Assembly (NCBI GenBank): GCA_951406725.2
Contig: OX597816.1
Span: 105,834,001-105,898,000, forward strand
From: Octopus vulgaris
Lineage: Eukaryota
DNA: 64,000 nucleotides
Direction: 5' to 3'
Numbering within the stretch: the first letter of the stretch is position 1; every line of letters starts with the position of its first letter. Below are positions 23,639 through 38,148 of the stretch, in pieces. The notes below the pieces were generated by a model, which worked only from the letters and a program-made list of their open reading frames with translations, searched no databases and was not told the origin of the DNA. The translations under genes were made by a program, and so were the position numbers.

Positions 23639-24663
23639 TACTTGAATGGACATAAAAATCTTACCAGCCTAGGTGAGCCTGCAAAGGCTTTGAATGCTGC
23701 CTTTCTTTCTAGGATTACAGACTATTACATGACCTATAAGATCACCTAAGGTACAGAAAATAACATGCGAACGAGAATTTAAAAAATTAAAGAAATTATT
23801 ATTAAAACCTGCTATAAATCAAAATATCCTACATTAAAGAACAAATAAAACAAAAATTTAAGTTAATCTTAATTATTTTAATTCTGAACTAAATTGTCAG
23901 CAATGAAAGTATTTAAATAAATCAACAATCTATGAAATTGGTTTAGTATATTTTAAACAGAATGCTTAGATTTTCTAAACAAAAATTAAAGTGAATAAAA
24001 TATGAGCTACCCACTTTTTGTTCACTTAAAGTTCACTTTACATATCTAACAAAACATTCTAGTCTGCTCAATCAAGGCTGACTTAGGCTTAAATAATAAC
24101 AATAACCAAAACATTTTGTTTAAAGAAATTAAACACCTATTTAAAGTTCAATTACAGTTTAAGCATCATTAAAAAAGAAATAAAATCTAGATTATATCTG
24201 TAAACTATTTAAAGAATGAGTGTCTCAAACCAAAATGTTTTTACAAGTTTTAGCCATCAATAAAACAAAATAGGAGATATTAATTCATGAATAAAAATTA
24301 GTTAACGTTTTTTTATTAGTTTTTACATTCATTTTCCATGGTTGGGTGAGTGGAATGGTTTATTTGAAGGAACATTTGTTTTTCACAGCTGGATACCCTT
24401 CCTACTGCTAACCAATTACTCATGAAATAAAGAGCAAGGCTTGTTCTTTTTGTTCTGTCAGATAAAACTGAAACAAGCAGAGTTAACTGATTTGCTGAAG
24501 GGCACATGACAATAACAATAGAACCATTAGAATTTATAACTATATACTCCAAAGTCCAGCACATTAATCTTCTCATCCATGAATTCCTCAACAAACCAAA
24601 TTATTTACATAGAATATTTCCAATTATCAGAAAGAATCCGTAGAAAGCAACAACAGACAAAAG

Positions 24664-24709
<46 letters not shown>

Positions 24710-24714
24710 ACATA

Positions 24715-25955
24715 CAGGGGCTGGACAAAATAATGGAAACACCTCTAGCATCATAGCATCCTAATTTTGAAATATCCATAAAACCATCAAAAGCTGGTTT
24801 ATTTTTATGTTTTATGATTTATTATTAGTGTTGCTTAATATGTTTTTGCTAAAATTGCTGTTTCTTTTCAGATAATATCAGAAAAAGGTAATTAAAATTC
24901 ATTGAAGTGACAAATCTATCAGACTTTCAAAGTGGTCAAATTGTTGGTGCTCATATGGCAGGCACTAGTGTAATGAAAACAGCCAAAATGTTTGGTGTAC
25001 CAAGAAGCACTGTTTCGAAAGTAATGAGAGTTTTTGAGAAAGAGGGGAAAGCCTCCTCATCAAAACAAAACTCCACAAGAAAACCAAAACTTTTAGATAG
25101 GGACCATCAGACTCTTACATGAATTGTTAGAAAGGATCACAAAAGTACAGCTCCCAAAATTACTGTAGAGTTTAATGACCACCTTGAGAACCCAGTTTCA
25201 ACAAAAACTGTTCACCGGAAGCTGTACAAAGCCAAATTTCATGGGAGGGTTGCTCTCAGAAAACCACTACTTTCAAAAACAAACGTTGCAAAGCATTTAG
25301 AGTGGAGTAAAAACCTACAGAATTGGTCTCTAGAGCAGTGGAAGAATGTTATTTTCTCGGATGAGTCATCCTTTACCATATTTCCAACTACCAGCCAAGT
25401 ATACGTGTGGGGACAGCCAAAAGAAGCATTTGACCCAGACTTCCTTCTTCCAACTGTTAAACATGAAAGAGGATTTGTGATGATCTGGGGAGACTATATC
25501 TTGGAAATTTGCCAGCCCAATGGTTTCCCTTCATGGCAGAATTAATAGTCAAGACTATTTAAGCATTTTATCTGATCAAATTCATCCTATGGTTGTGGAA
25601 CTGTTTCCAGAGGGAAACGCAATCTTTCAGGATGATAATGCACCAATTCACACAGCTAAAGTTGTTACGGAATGGCACAAGGAACATTCTAGTGAAGTTG
25701 AACATCTTATCTGGTGACCACAGTCCCCAGATCTCAATATTATTGAACATTTATGGTGCATTTTAGAAAAACAAGTACTGGAGATTGTTTTAGCTGAACA
25801 ATGGACAAAAATTCCTTTGGAAATAATTCAAACTTTGTATGAGTTCATACCTTGTAGAATTCAAGCTGTAATTACTGCCAAAGGCGGTCCTACCCCATAT
25901 TAAAATAAACATGTCTGAAATTTTAAGGTGTTTCCATTATTTTGTCCAACCCCTA
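24715..25955 (+). mobile_element. Tc1-family transposon (DD34E), decayed, near full length
   Basis: TA-flanked TIRs caggggctggacaaaataatggaaacacct / aggtgtttccattattttgtccaaccccta. Transposase 24907-25903: LSDFQSGQIVGA (HTH), FSDES, FQDDNAPIH, SPDLNIIEHLW, AKGGPTPY*; stops and a frameshift. Confidence 0.93.
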
Positions 25956-26992
25956 TACATATGCACAGGCATGACCATTGGCCATAAAGCTCTCTTCTTA
26001 GCCATTCGGCTTCTGGTTCAGTTTTACAACACATCATCTTAGTTAAGTGCCATCTATTCTAGCCCCAGGGAATTTGTTTGATGGAAACTCTCTCTCTCTT
26101 CTCTCTCTCTCTCTCTCTTTCTCTGTGTGCAGGTGTGTGCATCTGCATGTGAGTGTGCGTATGTAAATGTTTATTAGCAACACTGAGCTATGGCTACAGA
26201 TGGTGATGTCAACATTTGCAACTCTGCTACAAACAATAACCCCACCATTTGTGACTAGGTTGAAATTGTCTATATTTCTTGGCAACAAATTATCCATAGA
26301 TTTGTACTTTTGAATTTCTCCACAAAAAAAATATCCCTCACTTGAAAAACAATTAAGGATTGTTGGCAGGGAGAGTTCCCAACAGTAAAATCCTGCTTCA
26401 AATAACTAACCTGTCAAAGTATGCTAGCATAGAAAAACAGACATTAAACAAACAAATGAGAGAAATCTTTAAAATAGGAAAAGCAAACAACCTCAGATTA
26501 TCAAAGCTAGTAATAATAATTTAAAGTCTGTATACATGTTGAACTGACACAGCAACATTAATACAATAATACTATTTTGATGAAATTCATATTATAGATT
26601 ATTATACAAAACAAAAATTTAAAGAGTGGAAACTGATTTCTGTACATGCACACATGCTTACACATATATAAAAATATATTCTGTGGCAAAGATTGGCATA
26701 AAAAGGTATATAAAATGTTCAAGTATGATTGATATTTCTAAGTTCTATTTATAAAATGTGTATATGGGTGTGTGATTGGAGCAAGGATGTTATCATATAA
26801 TGTGACTGAAACAAACCCAGAAAGTTCAGGGGAAAGGCTAAGTCAGTTTCATTGATCCAAGTACTCAGCTGGTTCTTATTTTATCAACCCTGAAAGGAAT
26901 GAAAGCAAAGTTGACCTCAGAACATGAAGATAGATCAAATGCTAAGCATTTTGTCCAGCATGCTAATGATTCTGCCAGCTTGCTACCTTATT

Positions 26993-27078
<86 letters not shown>

Positions 27079-27619
27079 AGATGTATGCATATGTATACTT
27101 TTTTGCATGTGCTTTTCTTATCCATGTGCATCTATAATCATCTTCACTATTACATCAATTGAATGTATTCTGTAAATTGCAAGCTAGTCAAAAGAATGTC
27201 AGTCTTTAATCCATCAATATAATTAACCAGGCTCTTCATCAATGCAATTACGTGAAATTCAGAACACTGCTAATCACTAATTCATATTACAATAAAACTA
27301 ACAATAGGAGTGATAAATTTGCAATTACAGTAACATAAAGTAAAACAGAAAGTTAATTATTCACTTACAATGTAAGATTATGATAAATGTTCACCAACAT
27401 TAAATCAAAATGACTTCATTTGTAAAGAAGTGGAGAATATAGTTAATGCAGCAGAATCATTATGTGACAGGTACTTAATTTATTTCATCAAACTCAAGTA
27501 GAATGGAAATCAAAAGCAAGACCATTAGGCTTTTAAACCAAGAACTTCATTGTAAGGAACATAATATCACAAGACCCCTTGTCAGGTTTTATAGTAAAGT
27601 TGCCAAAAATGTTAGCCTC

Positions 27620-27900
27620 AACTTCACAAAACACACAGCTTTCTTCACTTTCTTTATATTACCACAGCTACAGCACCCTCTACTCCTCTCAATTAGCTAG
27701 TTTCATACTACGTCAACTCAAGCCTATTCAAAAATTCATCTTTTTTCTATTAGAGTAACCCATCCCTCAAATCACAGATTAACTATTACTTCCATTCTTT
27801 CTTCCTAAGAACATCAGTCCTCCAGAATTCCCATTCCACACACATTTTTCCCTGCAGAAATCACCAGTTTCAGAAGACCTGCAAAAATTATGTCCAAAGC
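27620..27900 (+). mobile_element. CR1/Jockey-group LINE 3' end, decayed
   Basis: Remnants LYYHSYSTLYSSQLASFI and INYYFHSFFLRTSVLQNSHSTHIF resemble LFYRYYNG.CSSELA...SFFPRTS.LWNSLP..VFP. Confidence 0.45.
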
Positions 27901-30479
27901 TTCTTCCAGACTACACCATAAAACAAAGAGAAACAGTTCTACAGCCACTGTGTTGTGTGTTCCTCAACAATGCACATAATTCAGCTTGAGCCACAGATTT
28001 AAACCAGGTTTCACTCTTACTTTACAGCTTATTATTTAGAATTAAGAAGGGTATCCAATGTAAACACAGATCCAACTATAAAAACAAGTGTAAAGCCAGC
28101 CCAGATGTACAAGTATAAAAAAAAAATAGATTTAAAACAATAAACAATATAAATGACGAATAACTTCAATGAGCCTAAAGGTATTTTTTCCCATATGTTG
28201 ATGAATTTTCAATATTTTCAAGCTTGTCTAATTTCCATTATTTCTGATCAAGATTTTGTCACTTAGTGTAGACAGTATGCTATAATTAATATTAATGATA
28301 TCAGCACTACAAATATCACAATTATCATTAACAGTATTGTCATAACAACCATAATTTATTTCATCAACCTTACTTGTCCTAGTTCATGGAGAAACAATAC
28401 AATTAATAAAACTCAAACAGTGATTGTATTTCTCTCAATCAGCAGCAACTCATAATCTTTATTTGAGATACACTTCTCCATTTTCTATAGGCAATAATAG
28501 TGCAGCCAGTACATACTTTGATGTCACAAAAGAAATAGGATATAGCAAAAACAACAAAATGCACTCTTTGATTTATATAATTGAATGAGTCATGGTGTAT
28601 TACATAATTTAACCAGAATATTCTATTAGCTCTATAGTACTTCAAAGCAATATTAATTGTACTAACACCTCACAAGCCTCCCTTATAAACCATATAAAAA
28701 CAGCCTTTAAAGATATCTCAGATATTGAAAAATAAATTACATCTTCTAAATTAAAGTTAAAGGATCAGAAAAATATGAATATAGAGTTGAAATCCAAATT
28801 TTCATTGCTCATTAGTGCCCATTATTTTTAATGAAAATTTCGACATAAATCATTATTTTAATAATAATTTAAATGATTTGTTAGCGACATATTGAGTGAG
28901 AAATCAGTATGGACTGGAAATTTCCCCATCCTCACCACATCAAGAACTGCATGTCAATGATAAATCCTATTCTATTTCATGCAATTTTGATATTAATAAA
29001 TTCAATCCTGATATTTTACTCCATTTCATAATCCACCAAAACAATCACAAGCATAAATTAAGCATTTTCTGTTGCTAGGAAACACATTGCTTGTCTATTT
29101 TATTTAGCTATTTTGTAAAACAGTTACTTTTCAAAACTAAAGCTATGGTTGTTAAAATATGCTTAGTTCTGAATTTGTAAAACATGGAATGAAAGAAAAA
29201 AAAGAACTCATCTTATGAAAACAGTGGGTGTAAAATAAAAGAGGTAAAAAAAAATGCAGTTAATATTTAAATTTCAAGAAACAACAAAGAACAGAGTTGA
29301 TGCATCAGACTCTAGCCATTTTTAACATCAAATTAATAAAAAAAAAACATAGTCAGATGTCAAAAATTTATAACGTTATTTTAACCAAATTCTTTTCTGT
29401 CAATACTTCGATGGCCACTGCTTCTTGTAACTAGCTGGTCTCAAGATATTTTCACTCAGGCACTCCCAACTCATCTTTCTTCTCATTATCCATGCTGAGT
29501 TCAATCCCTAGGCTGTTCATACAGTCCTTCCTCCCAAGAACTGAGGCCTTCTAGAATTGCCTGCCTGCTCTTGTCTTTTATGTAGTCATCAACTTACAGC
29601 AGTTTAAGTAGAGCTTTGACAATATCAATGTCAGAGATTTAGAGAACCTATGAAGGCTATGGGCACTGCTCCTTCCTCCAGACATAGCTGAAAAAATCAA
29701 ATCTTATTTACAACTATCCATACAAATTATCAGTAGCTAGAGGTAATCAAAACAGCCTAACAACACACGTGCTTTTCTCTGCACTATCTACTCCTTCCTC
29801 TTTTTCCTCATCTCTGAACTTTCTTCCAGTATCTAACAAAGAGCCATGCTCGAAATGTCATATTTTTACACCTATTTTTCCATCAGATACTTTCACTGAG
29901 TGTTTCAGTTTTATCTTCACTGTGTACACTCATTTGATCTTGCTGCTATTTTTTGTATTTTCTGTTCTTGAATTTACCTAAATTATATATTGCTTGAGTT
30001 TTTGCTTGTTTCTTTTGTCTCTGAAAATTATTTTCTAAGGTTATAAAATTATTTCTGCTAAAGATATATTGTAGATCAAGTTAATAGTGGTGAACATAGT
30101 ATAGATATGTTACTATTTAGAACAAACCCTGTTAACTAAAAGGTAAATATATGCACTGCCAGTGTAGTGTAAGTCTATCAGCAAGATCCAGCAACAAAAT
30201 TCCACCTTGTCCAAGCATTATATTTTGAAAAATATCATAAATTATCTCAGGGGAAAGATCAGTTATCAAGACTGCCTCTTAAGGAGGCCTATCAAAAATA
30301 AGGGGATAGGGAATAGAGGGAAAATATCAAGGTATGATAAATCATCTACTTTTACTGTATACTGCCTCAGATCAAAATCTTGTTCCACTGTATGTGGTTG
30401 TTGTTGTTGTTGTTATTGTTGAATATGACTTCCATTATTAGTCAGTGTAGGAATAGTAGTAACTATAATGTTTGCAAGC

Positions 30480-30940
30480 CCTTCCAGCCTGGAGAGTCTG
30501 AAGTGATTGAATTCAGTTTGAACACATGTAGACTGATGTTTGCAGACAAAATATGACCAAGAAGAATTATAGAATGGTGAGGTAAATTGTTTGGTGCCAG
30601 ACAGAGACAAAGGGCAAAACACAATAGGAATGATGAAAGACAAGGTGAATGTGTAAGATGAACATGGGTAGAATGTATGTGCAGCTAGTAAGTTTAGAAG
30701 AACAAAAGTAGTTGTAGTAGAAGAGGCACTGAGAAGAAAAAGCATATCTGTGAGTTTGTAGTTGTAGCACATTTGTAACTGTGTGTTTTTACTAATCAGC
30801 TAGACTGGCTCCTTTTGAATGTAGTTTAGGACATTTGTGTGTATAACAGCAGTAACACAGTCTTAGATATGTGAGCATAACTCCAATTTGTGTCATATTT
30901 CAGCTTTGTAGAGGATCAGCAACTGATCGGGAACATGTTA
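30480..30940 (-). mobile_element. CR1/Jockey-group LINE 3' end, decayed
   Basis: Minus strand LNYIQK...LQLQTHRYAFSSQCLFYYNYFCSSKL resembles LQ.LSHRR.VSSL.LFYRYY..CSSEL. Confidence 0.5.
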
Positions 30941-31138
30941 ATAGATATTTACATTTCTCTTTTTCAACTTTGTACAGCTCTTCCAAGAAAATGTTCAAAA
31001 CGAAAAAAAATTCAAAAGCTTCTTTGATAAAGCATGCTATAAATTGCATCAACATTTTTTTTTTTTAAATAATATATAGAATTTCACCTGGAACTAATAA
31101 AAATATTTAAAACAAAACAGAATTAAATGTTTACTTAC

Positions 31139-31197
31139 AATTTCTTAAATACTAGAAGAAACCAGGATTCTGATAATAACAAAAGATATTTTCTTAC
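31139..31197 (-). other. Candidate 59-nt internal exon of an unidentified host gene
   Basis: Minus strand ttaatttttgcag|...|gtaagt with one open frame (VRKYLLLLSESWFLLVFKK); splice signals only. Confidence 0.3.
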
Positions 31198-33367
31198 CTG
31201 CAAAAATTAAACAAAAATAATATGTAGTTAGCTTTGATAAGAACTATGAAAATAATTATTTTATATTTACATGTAATTAAAAAAATTACTTCTTTTGATG
31301 TCATTTGACAATAATAATGATAATGATTTCTCTAATAAACTAGATTAAACACTAATTCATATTTACAATCATAACAACGTATCAGTTCATTCAGAAGACA
31401 TACACGAATCACCTACCTTATCCAATTAAACATCAAAATGAAAGTGAAATTGGCTTGATCAAAAAAGAAATTTTTTTAATTCTATAAATTGCATATAAAA
31501 ATGGACATAAATAGCAAAAAAAAAGCATTAGGTGGTAGTAGAATCTAAAATCTATAAAAAGTAATGACATCCAGAAATATGTCCTTTGAACAACTCTAAT
31601 TTAATGATATTTTGATAAATTAACGATATAGACTAAATGTTAGAGTAGTAATTTTACACTCTTGTTTTTCATGAACTAATAACCTTATCACATTTTTGAA
31701 CAAACTGATAAATTTTCTTGAAAACCGTTTACATTAATCAGGGAAGCGTTCAAATATTATGGTCTCAGTTTACCTTACTGCTAAAATTTCATTTTAATAA
31801 CAATCTATTAACTTCTCACTCAAACTGAAAATAATACAACACTTCAGAAAACACTCGAAGCATATTTTTCTACAACACTAAATAAAGATTTTATCCAAAT
31901 ATTAGCAACACTAAGCCAAACAAATACTTCCTGCACCATTATAATCAAGGAGAATATCCACTAGCTATAGAGCTAAACTAGTTTCTTTTTTCCTATGATA
32001 CAAAAGTGAATTGAAATAATTCTCTTGAAAATAAGTTTGTGTGAGGGAGGGCAATACAATAAGTTTATTTGTTTTAGTCTTGGTAAAGGAGTTATGCTAA
32101 GAGTCATCTGAGAAGATGAATGATATTGGCCATTTAATTGAATGTAATCTGAAATATAATTTTCTATAAAAGAAGCAAGAGAAGTTTTCTCTTCATGAAT
32201 TTGTAGAGACATTGACATAACTGATAAAATATTTTTAATTCAAATCCAATGAGATTTCCCTCAGAGCTCCCAAAAGGTGAGATCTTTTGTTTTGTTTTTT
32301 AGGTTTTTGTTGGGTTTTTTTTTCAAACAGGAAGATGTTCATGTTCTTAGGAAGGAAAATAGAGAATAATGGAATAATGCAATGTCAGTGTCATCATTAT
32401 GAGTTGTTTTCTCAAATGGTAGCATGGGTTGGATAGATCTGTAGTATTGCACAATGGCAATTTGCTACTTCTCTCAGTCATGAAGTTATGTGTGACTTAT
32501 TTGTGTCAATCAGAAGTACTTAGCATTGATTTCTAATCTTGGTATGAGGCTACAAATGTGAAACAAAGGAAGTAATTGATTTAATCAACTCCAATACATA
32601 TACTACATAAATAGTATATGTTTTATTGACCTCAAAAAACCGAATGGCAAAGCCAACTTTAGAGGGATAGGAACTCAGAACATAGAGAAATGTAACTAAA
32701 TAATACTGCTCTGGTCATATTTAACAGCTACTAAACAGAAAGAAATATGATGTGATGATCATAAAATAGTATTCCTACAACAACAAACCTTTAATGGACA
32801 TACACACAGATGAAAATAAGTTTGATTTACAAAGCATTTGTAGTACAATTATATCTTGTGACTGATTACTCAGTGACACATGCTAAGAAGAAATGAAAGT
32901 CAACCACCCAACATTCTTCTGAGAACCATAACTTCATCACTGAAGACTAGACTTGCATTAAAGAGTCACAAATATTCTGCTACAGTTAGCATCTTAAAAA
33001 GTTTATGTATGTATATATATTATAATACTATTAAAGAAATAAAAAAAGTTATTAATTGTAAATATATGTAAGTAAACTATGTGTAAATTTAAAACAGCTG
33101 GTGTACACACAAGTTCAACTCCACTACTACAACCACCACTACCACTAAAAAATGCTCAACTCATGAGAAGCAGCTTTTTCATCAGCAAGATGGCAAATCC
33201 ACAAGCGTGACATTGTGACTTGCACTACATATACACACATACTCACACTTACATACATTCATATCCACATACATACATTCATATTTGCATACATACATAT
33301 ATACACACAGACACATACATCCATACATACTACATACAAACCTACATACACATTACATCCATATATG

Positions 33368-33410
<43 letters not shown>

Positions 33411-33613
33411 CACAGACATATACTTACATATATATGTACATACATACATGAATGTATGTATACATGCATGCAGATATATATTTGTTTTGGAGTAACAATC
33501 GAGAAACATACTCAGTACAAATGTAGAATGTAATATTTAGAAGAGCCCAGCACTAACAGTCCACTGAATTAACTGAAATAAACAATGCATGTGTGCATGT
33601 GTTTGTGTGTGTA

Positions 33614-34603
33614 CACAGTATTTTAAATTATTAATGATGTAACATATGTTTATTTTATTTAAAAAGTACTCGGAATTCAACGAAATTTCCATAGAATGAG
33701 GATGACAGCTATATGCATGTGGTGTGAAAAAGTGAAGTTTTACACAAGTGTAAATAAACGACAGCCATTTGCATGATTTCCACAAACTTTCAGTGTTCCA
33801 AATTATTATTGAGTTATCTGATAATCGTGTAATTATGAGTTGGAAATGTGACTTAACTGTTTCAGAGAAATCTGTTATTACTTCTGAACTTGCAAAAGGT
33901 AAATCAACATTAGAAATATCTAAAATAATTTGAAGATATCACCAAACTGTGAAAAAATTTGTTACAACTTCTATGAAGATACATAAGAGAGCTGACAAGG
34001 TTCAGTCAAGGGTTGTTTCTCATTGTTCTCTGCCAAAAATTAAGCATGAAGCTGTAAAGAAGCCAGGTCTAATAAGTGGAGAACTTCTCAAGCACAATGA
34101 CAAAACAGCTGTGTCCAGAACTACCTGATGTTATCTTCTGAAAAAGGTTAGTAAACCAGTGATATCAGTTAAAAGGCCTCCTTTATACAAAATACACAGA
34201 CAAAATTGTCTGAAATGGGCAGAAGAGTACATGAAGGTCAATTTTTCAAAAGTTTTACTTATGGACAAAACTTATGCTACCCTTGATGGACTTGATAGTT
34301 GGAGCAAGGGATGGATTGTAAATGAACAAGATCATCATCAACACTTGAGACACCAGCAATGGGGAAGGAGACATCATGACTTGGACAGGTATTATTGGAG
34401 GCATTATGCTTGGTTCTTGGAAAGTGCCTGACAGTGTTAAAAAGACTGCAGATGCTTACATAGCCTTTACAAGGGAGCATCTTGAACCTTGGTTAAAACA
34501 TCAAAGGACCACCTTCATGACAAGCGTAATATTCATGCAAGATTATGTGCCCTCGCACTCAGCAAAGAAAACTACAGAGTATCTGCAACAATTAGGCTTC
34601 TGT
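33614..34603 (+). mobile_element. Tc1/TRT (DD37E-like) transposon, 3'-truncated pseudogene
   Basis: From 33835 MSWKCDLTVSEKS...KSTLEISK...YHQTVKKF; then RPPLYKIHRQNCLKWAEEYMKVNFSKVLLMDKTYATLDGLDSWSKGW, LRHQQ.G, FMQDYVPSHSAK. These match the TRT-type motifs TDExRATLDGPDGW and RLRRQQGGGG. Confidence 0.8.
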
Positions 34604-34724
34604 GGATCTTTTATGCGTCCAGAGCTTACACCAGGTACATCTTATGGAGTTTCTACCTATACCATTTCTACTGATCAAGCAGCACTACCTACCTGAAGGG
34701 GCTTGTGATGAGTTTGCCTTTCTA
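34604..34724 (-). mobile_element. Internal RTE LINE fragment (PHD-finger segment)
   Basis: Aligns to 38926-39050 (gtccagagcttacaccaggtacatcttatggagtttctacctatacc vs gtccatagcttacacttggtgcatcttatagagtttctacctacacc). Confidence 0.8.
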
Positions 34725-34961
34725 TTGCAGTTGCCGTACCAGCACTCGTGCAGTACCTTACAACTTTACTTTGTTTTTATATATATATATAGTGTATTGT
34801 TCCATATTGGTAAGATCAACAAAAAAAGTACTTCATCTAGTTAGAAGATTGTGCTGAGAGACCAGACATGTTAAAAAATACTGTCTGGCAAGAAACTAAT
34901 GGAACTCATAGTAGAACATGAAAACATATATTGTATTTATTAAATTATATATCTATATCTA

Positions 34962-35006
<45 letters not shown>

Positions 35007-37939
35007 CCATGAACACATACATAAATAAATATGTATATGCATACATATAAACACACACGCAAGTAAACATATGTGCATGCATCAATACACACAGGCACAC
35101 ACACATATACATATATGATAATCTGAGGAACTGCTCAAAGAAAGAAACTCTAAGAAATGATAGAGTGAGTCTCCTTCTCACATTACTCCTTCCTCTATCA
35201 CTCATTGTTAACACTATTGCCTTCCATCTATTTTCATTACCTCACTTTTCTATCAATCTGTCTTTCTCTTATCACTCACTCTTCTGTCTGTCTGCCACTC
35301 TATTCAATTTTCAACCACCATTGCGACTGTCAATCATGCTGTCTCTCTATCATTACTCTCTCTTCTCACTCAAGCTCTCTTCCCACCCAATCTAGTGGTA
35401 AAGAAATCAATAAATGGCAGGAGACACTCAGGGAAGATGGGATTCTTTACAGTTTTGCTGGTGGAAAGCCAATTCTGGTGCTGGCAAATGAGAAAATGGA
35501 CATGATTTAGGTTAGACAAGGCCAACTCTCTCAAATCTTGACAATCAGTCCAATCTATGCCATCATGGAAAAGTTAGCATAAAATGATGATTATTCTTAA
35601 ATTTCAGTTTTCTAGAATATGGTAGAACTATAGATTTTTGAAAACCTACACTTCTCTCTTGCTAATAACCAGAGGAATTGAGTTTAAAGTTAAGGCTAAA
35701 AGAAGACGGTGCATTGTCAAGCATACTTATTTCATACCTGAACTAAGATGACAGCAATTTCTATTATGATTATGAAAGATGAGAATGATGAGTTTGAAAC
35801 ATTATGATAACAATGAAAATAACACAACTTTTTCTAAACAATGTAACATGAAGATTTGAACTAAAAGAATTTTAACTAAGCAACTTAAGAATTTTATTAA
35901 AATGATTTCTAAGAAGCAACAATTTTACTGGAGAATGTAGCTTGGAAAGAAAATGTCTCAGCAAAGTGAGAAGCTTATGCAAATTGAATGCAGCTTATTA
36001 TCCATATGATAGGAAACAATTTATACTTTAACATTAAGAGTAAAATAATGGCTTGCAGGAGGTAACAATCTTGAATGCATCTTTGTTTACTTTGGAGTCT
36101 TTTTCATGCTTTTTTTAAAGAAAACAAAAAAATACTATTTTCCTTACTTTTATCCTTTTTCATTCAAATCATGCTCATTTTGAGCTTAAACTTTTCTTTT
36201 TCTCTTTTGTTTTCTTAATATGGATTTTTCCATTAACTAAATATCTCCCATATCGCTTGCGCAAATGTACATGTACTAACCTAAATACTATTATACGTAT
36301 GCATATGTGTGCGCACACACACATCTCCAGAGAGGAGGGAAAAGATGGAGGAAGACAAACTGACAGACTTTGAGAGACATATGCACATGTAAACACCAAA
36401 CTATGCATATACATTATATACCAATGCATAAATGAATGCAGAAGTGTACAAATATACATATGCATGCACATTTGTATGAAGAAGACACATGCATTCACAC
36501 ATTAGAACATACATACGGTCCTATATGCAACTATATATAAACAGAAGAGAAAGAAATGATTCATTGACTTCACACTTGTCAGTTTTCTCTTTTATCAATT
36601 TTCTTTTACCTCAACATTCCTTTTACCAACATCACACCCACACACACACATACCATATACAAATACATACCATACACAAACACACATTCACACACATATG
36701 CACATTTATCTGTTTCTTTACCACCTTCATCTAACAACTATTTCCTACAAATTTATTTCTCTCCAGCATGTTTTTTTATTGTTGTTGTAAATTCTAATCA
36801 GAACTACTGTTGCTATTCCAATTAATGTTCAATGGTTGAAAAAAAAAAGAAGAAAAAAGTAAACATTAAAACCAATGATCAATTGTGTAAAAACACAAGT
36901 TTTTTGTTATTAATAACTGTAAAAAGGAACCATAATTTCCAGGATTTAGCAAAGTACTAGAATTATTGAAGTCAGAGATTATTTGAAATTAAGAATGTCT
37001 TTTTTCTTTTTTTATTTCTTTTTTGTTCCTTTTAACACTTTCTGTGCAGAAAGTAACATATATAGAGATATTAATAAACATATACACTTAATCCTTATTA
37101 TAAATGCATGTACACACATAAACACACACACACACACAAGATATATGTACACATGTGCACACAATCATGCAAATGCATACACAAACATATAAATATAAAG
37201 AAATATTTAAAGCTAAACCTAATGTTTCTACAAAAACATGTGCAAATATAGAGAAAGTATTAGGACTAAATAAGATCAAATCATGTTCAGAATCAATATG
37301 TAAACCTTGATGGAAAAAAAATACCAAAAAGCAACAGAGGAGGAAAGACAGATGAGATGCCTATTTACAAAAAATAAAACAAGTCTTCATAAATGGAAAT
37401 GATTTTAATTTAACAGGGACAGAAACAACTACTTAGGTATCAAATGAACCATAATTAAGAGGTAATTTTCTTTCAAAGAAAGTTTAATGGGCAGACTTAT
37501 GGAAATACAGTGTGATTATAAAGTTCACTTAACAATCACATGGTTTTGCATTCCAATCCACTGTACAGTATCTAGCAAGTGGAATTTAGTAGGTGCAGAA
37601 ACCTGACATCATCATCATCATCATCATCATTTAGCGTCCGTTTTCCATGCTAGCATGGGTTGGACGGTTCTGCTGGGGTCTGTGAAGCCAGAAGGCTTCA
37701 TCAGGCCCAGTCAAATCTGGCAGTGTTTCTACGGCTGGATGCCCTTCCTAACGCCAACCACTCCGTGAGTGTAGTGGGTGCTTTTTACGTGCCACCCGCA
37801 CTGGTGCCAGCCAGAGCTGGCAAACGGCCACGAACGGATGGTGTTTTTTATGTGCCACCGGCACGAGGGCCAGGCGAGGCTGGCAACGAACACGAAACGG
37901 GGCGGTGCTGGCAACGGTCGCGAAACGGAAGGTTCTCTT

Positions 37940-38148
37940 ACATGCCACCGGCACTGGTAACACATCTGCAATTTCCATTGATCGATTTCCATTGATCGAT
38001 TTCGATTCTGATCCTCACTTGCCTCAATGGGTCTTCACAAGCAGAGTTTCGACATGCCACCGGCACTGGTAGCACATCCGCAATTTCCATTGATCGATTT
38101 CGATTCTGATCCTCACTTGCCTCAACACGTCTTCACAAGTAGAGTTTT
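37940..38148. repeat. ~100-bp tandem duplication within the LINE 3' UTR
   Basis: acatgccaccggcactggta(a/g)cacatc...cgattctgatcctcacttgcctcaa...gtcttcacaag(c/t)agagttt occurs twice. Confidence 0.9.
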
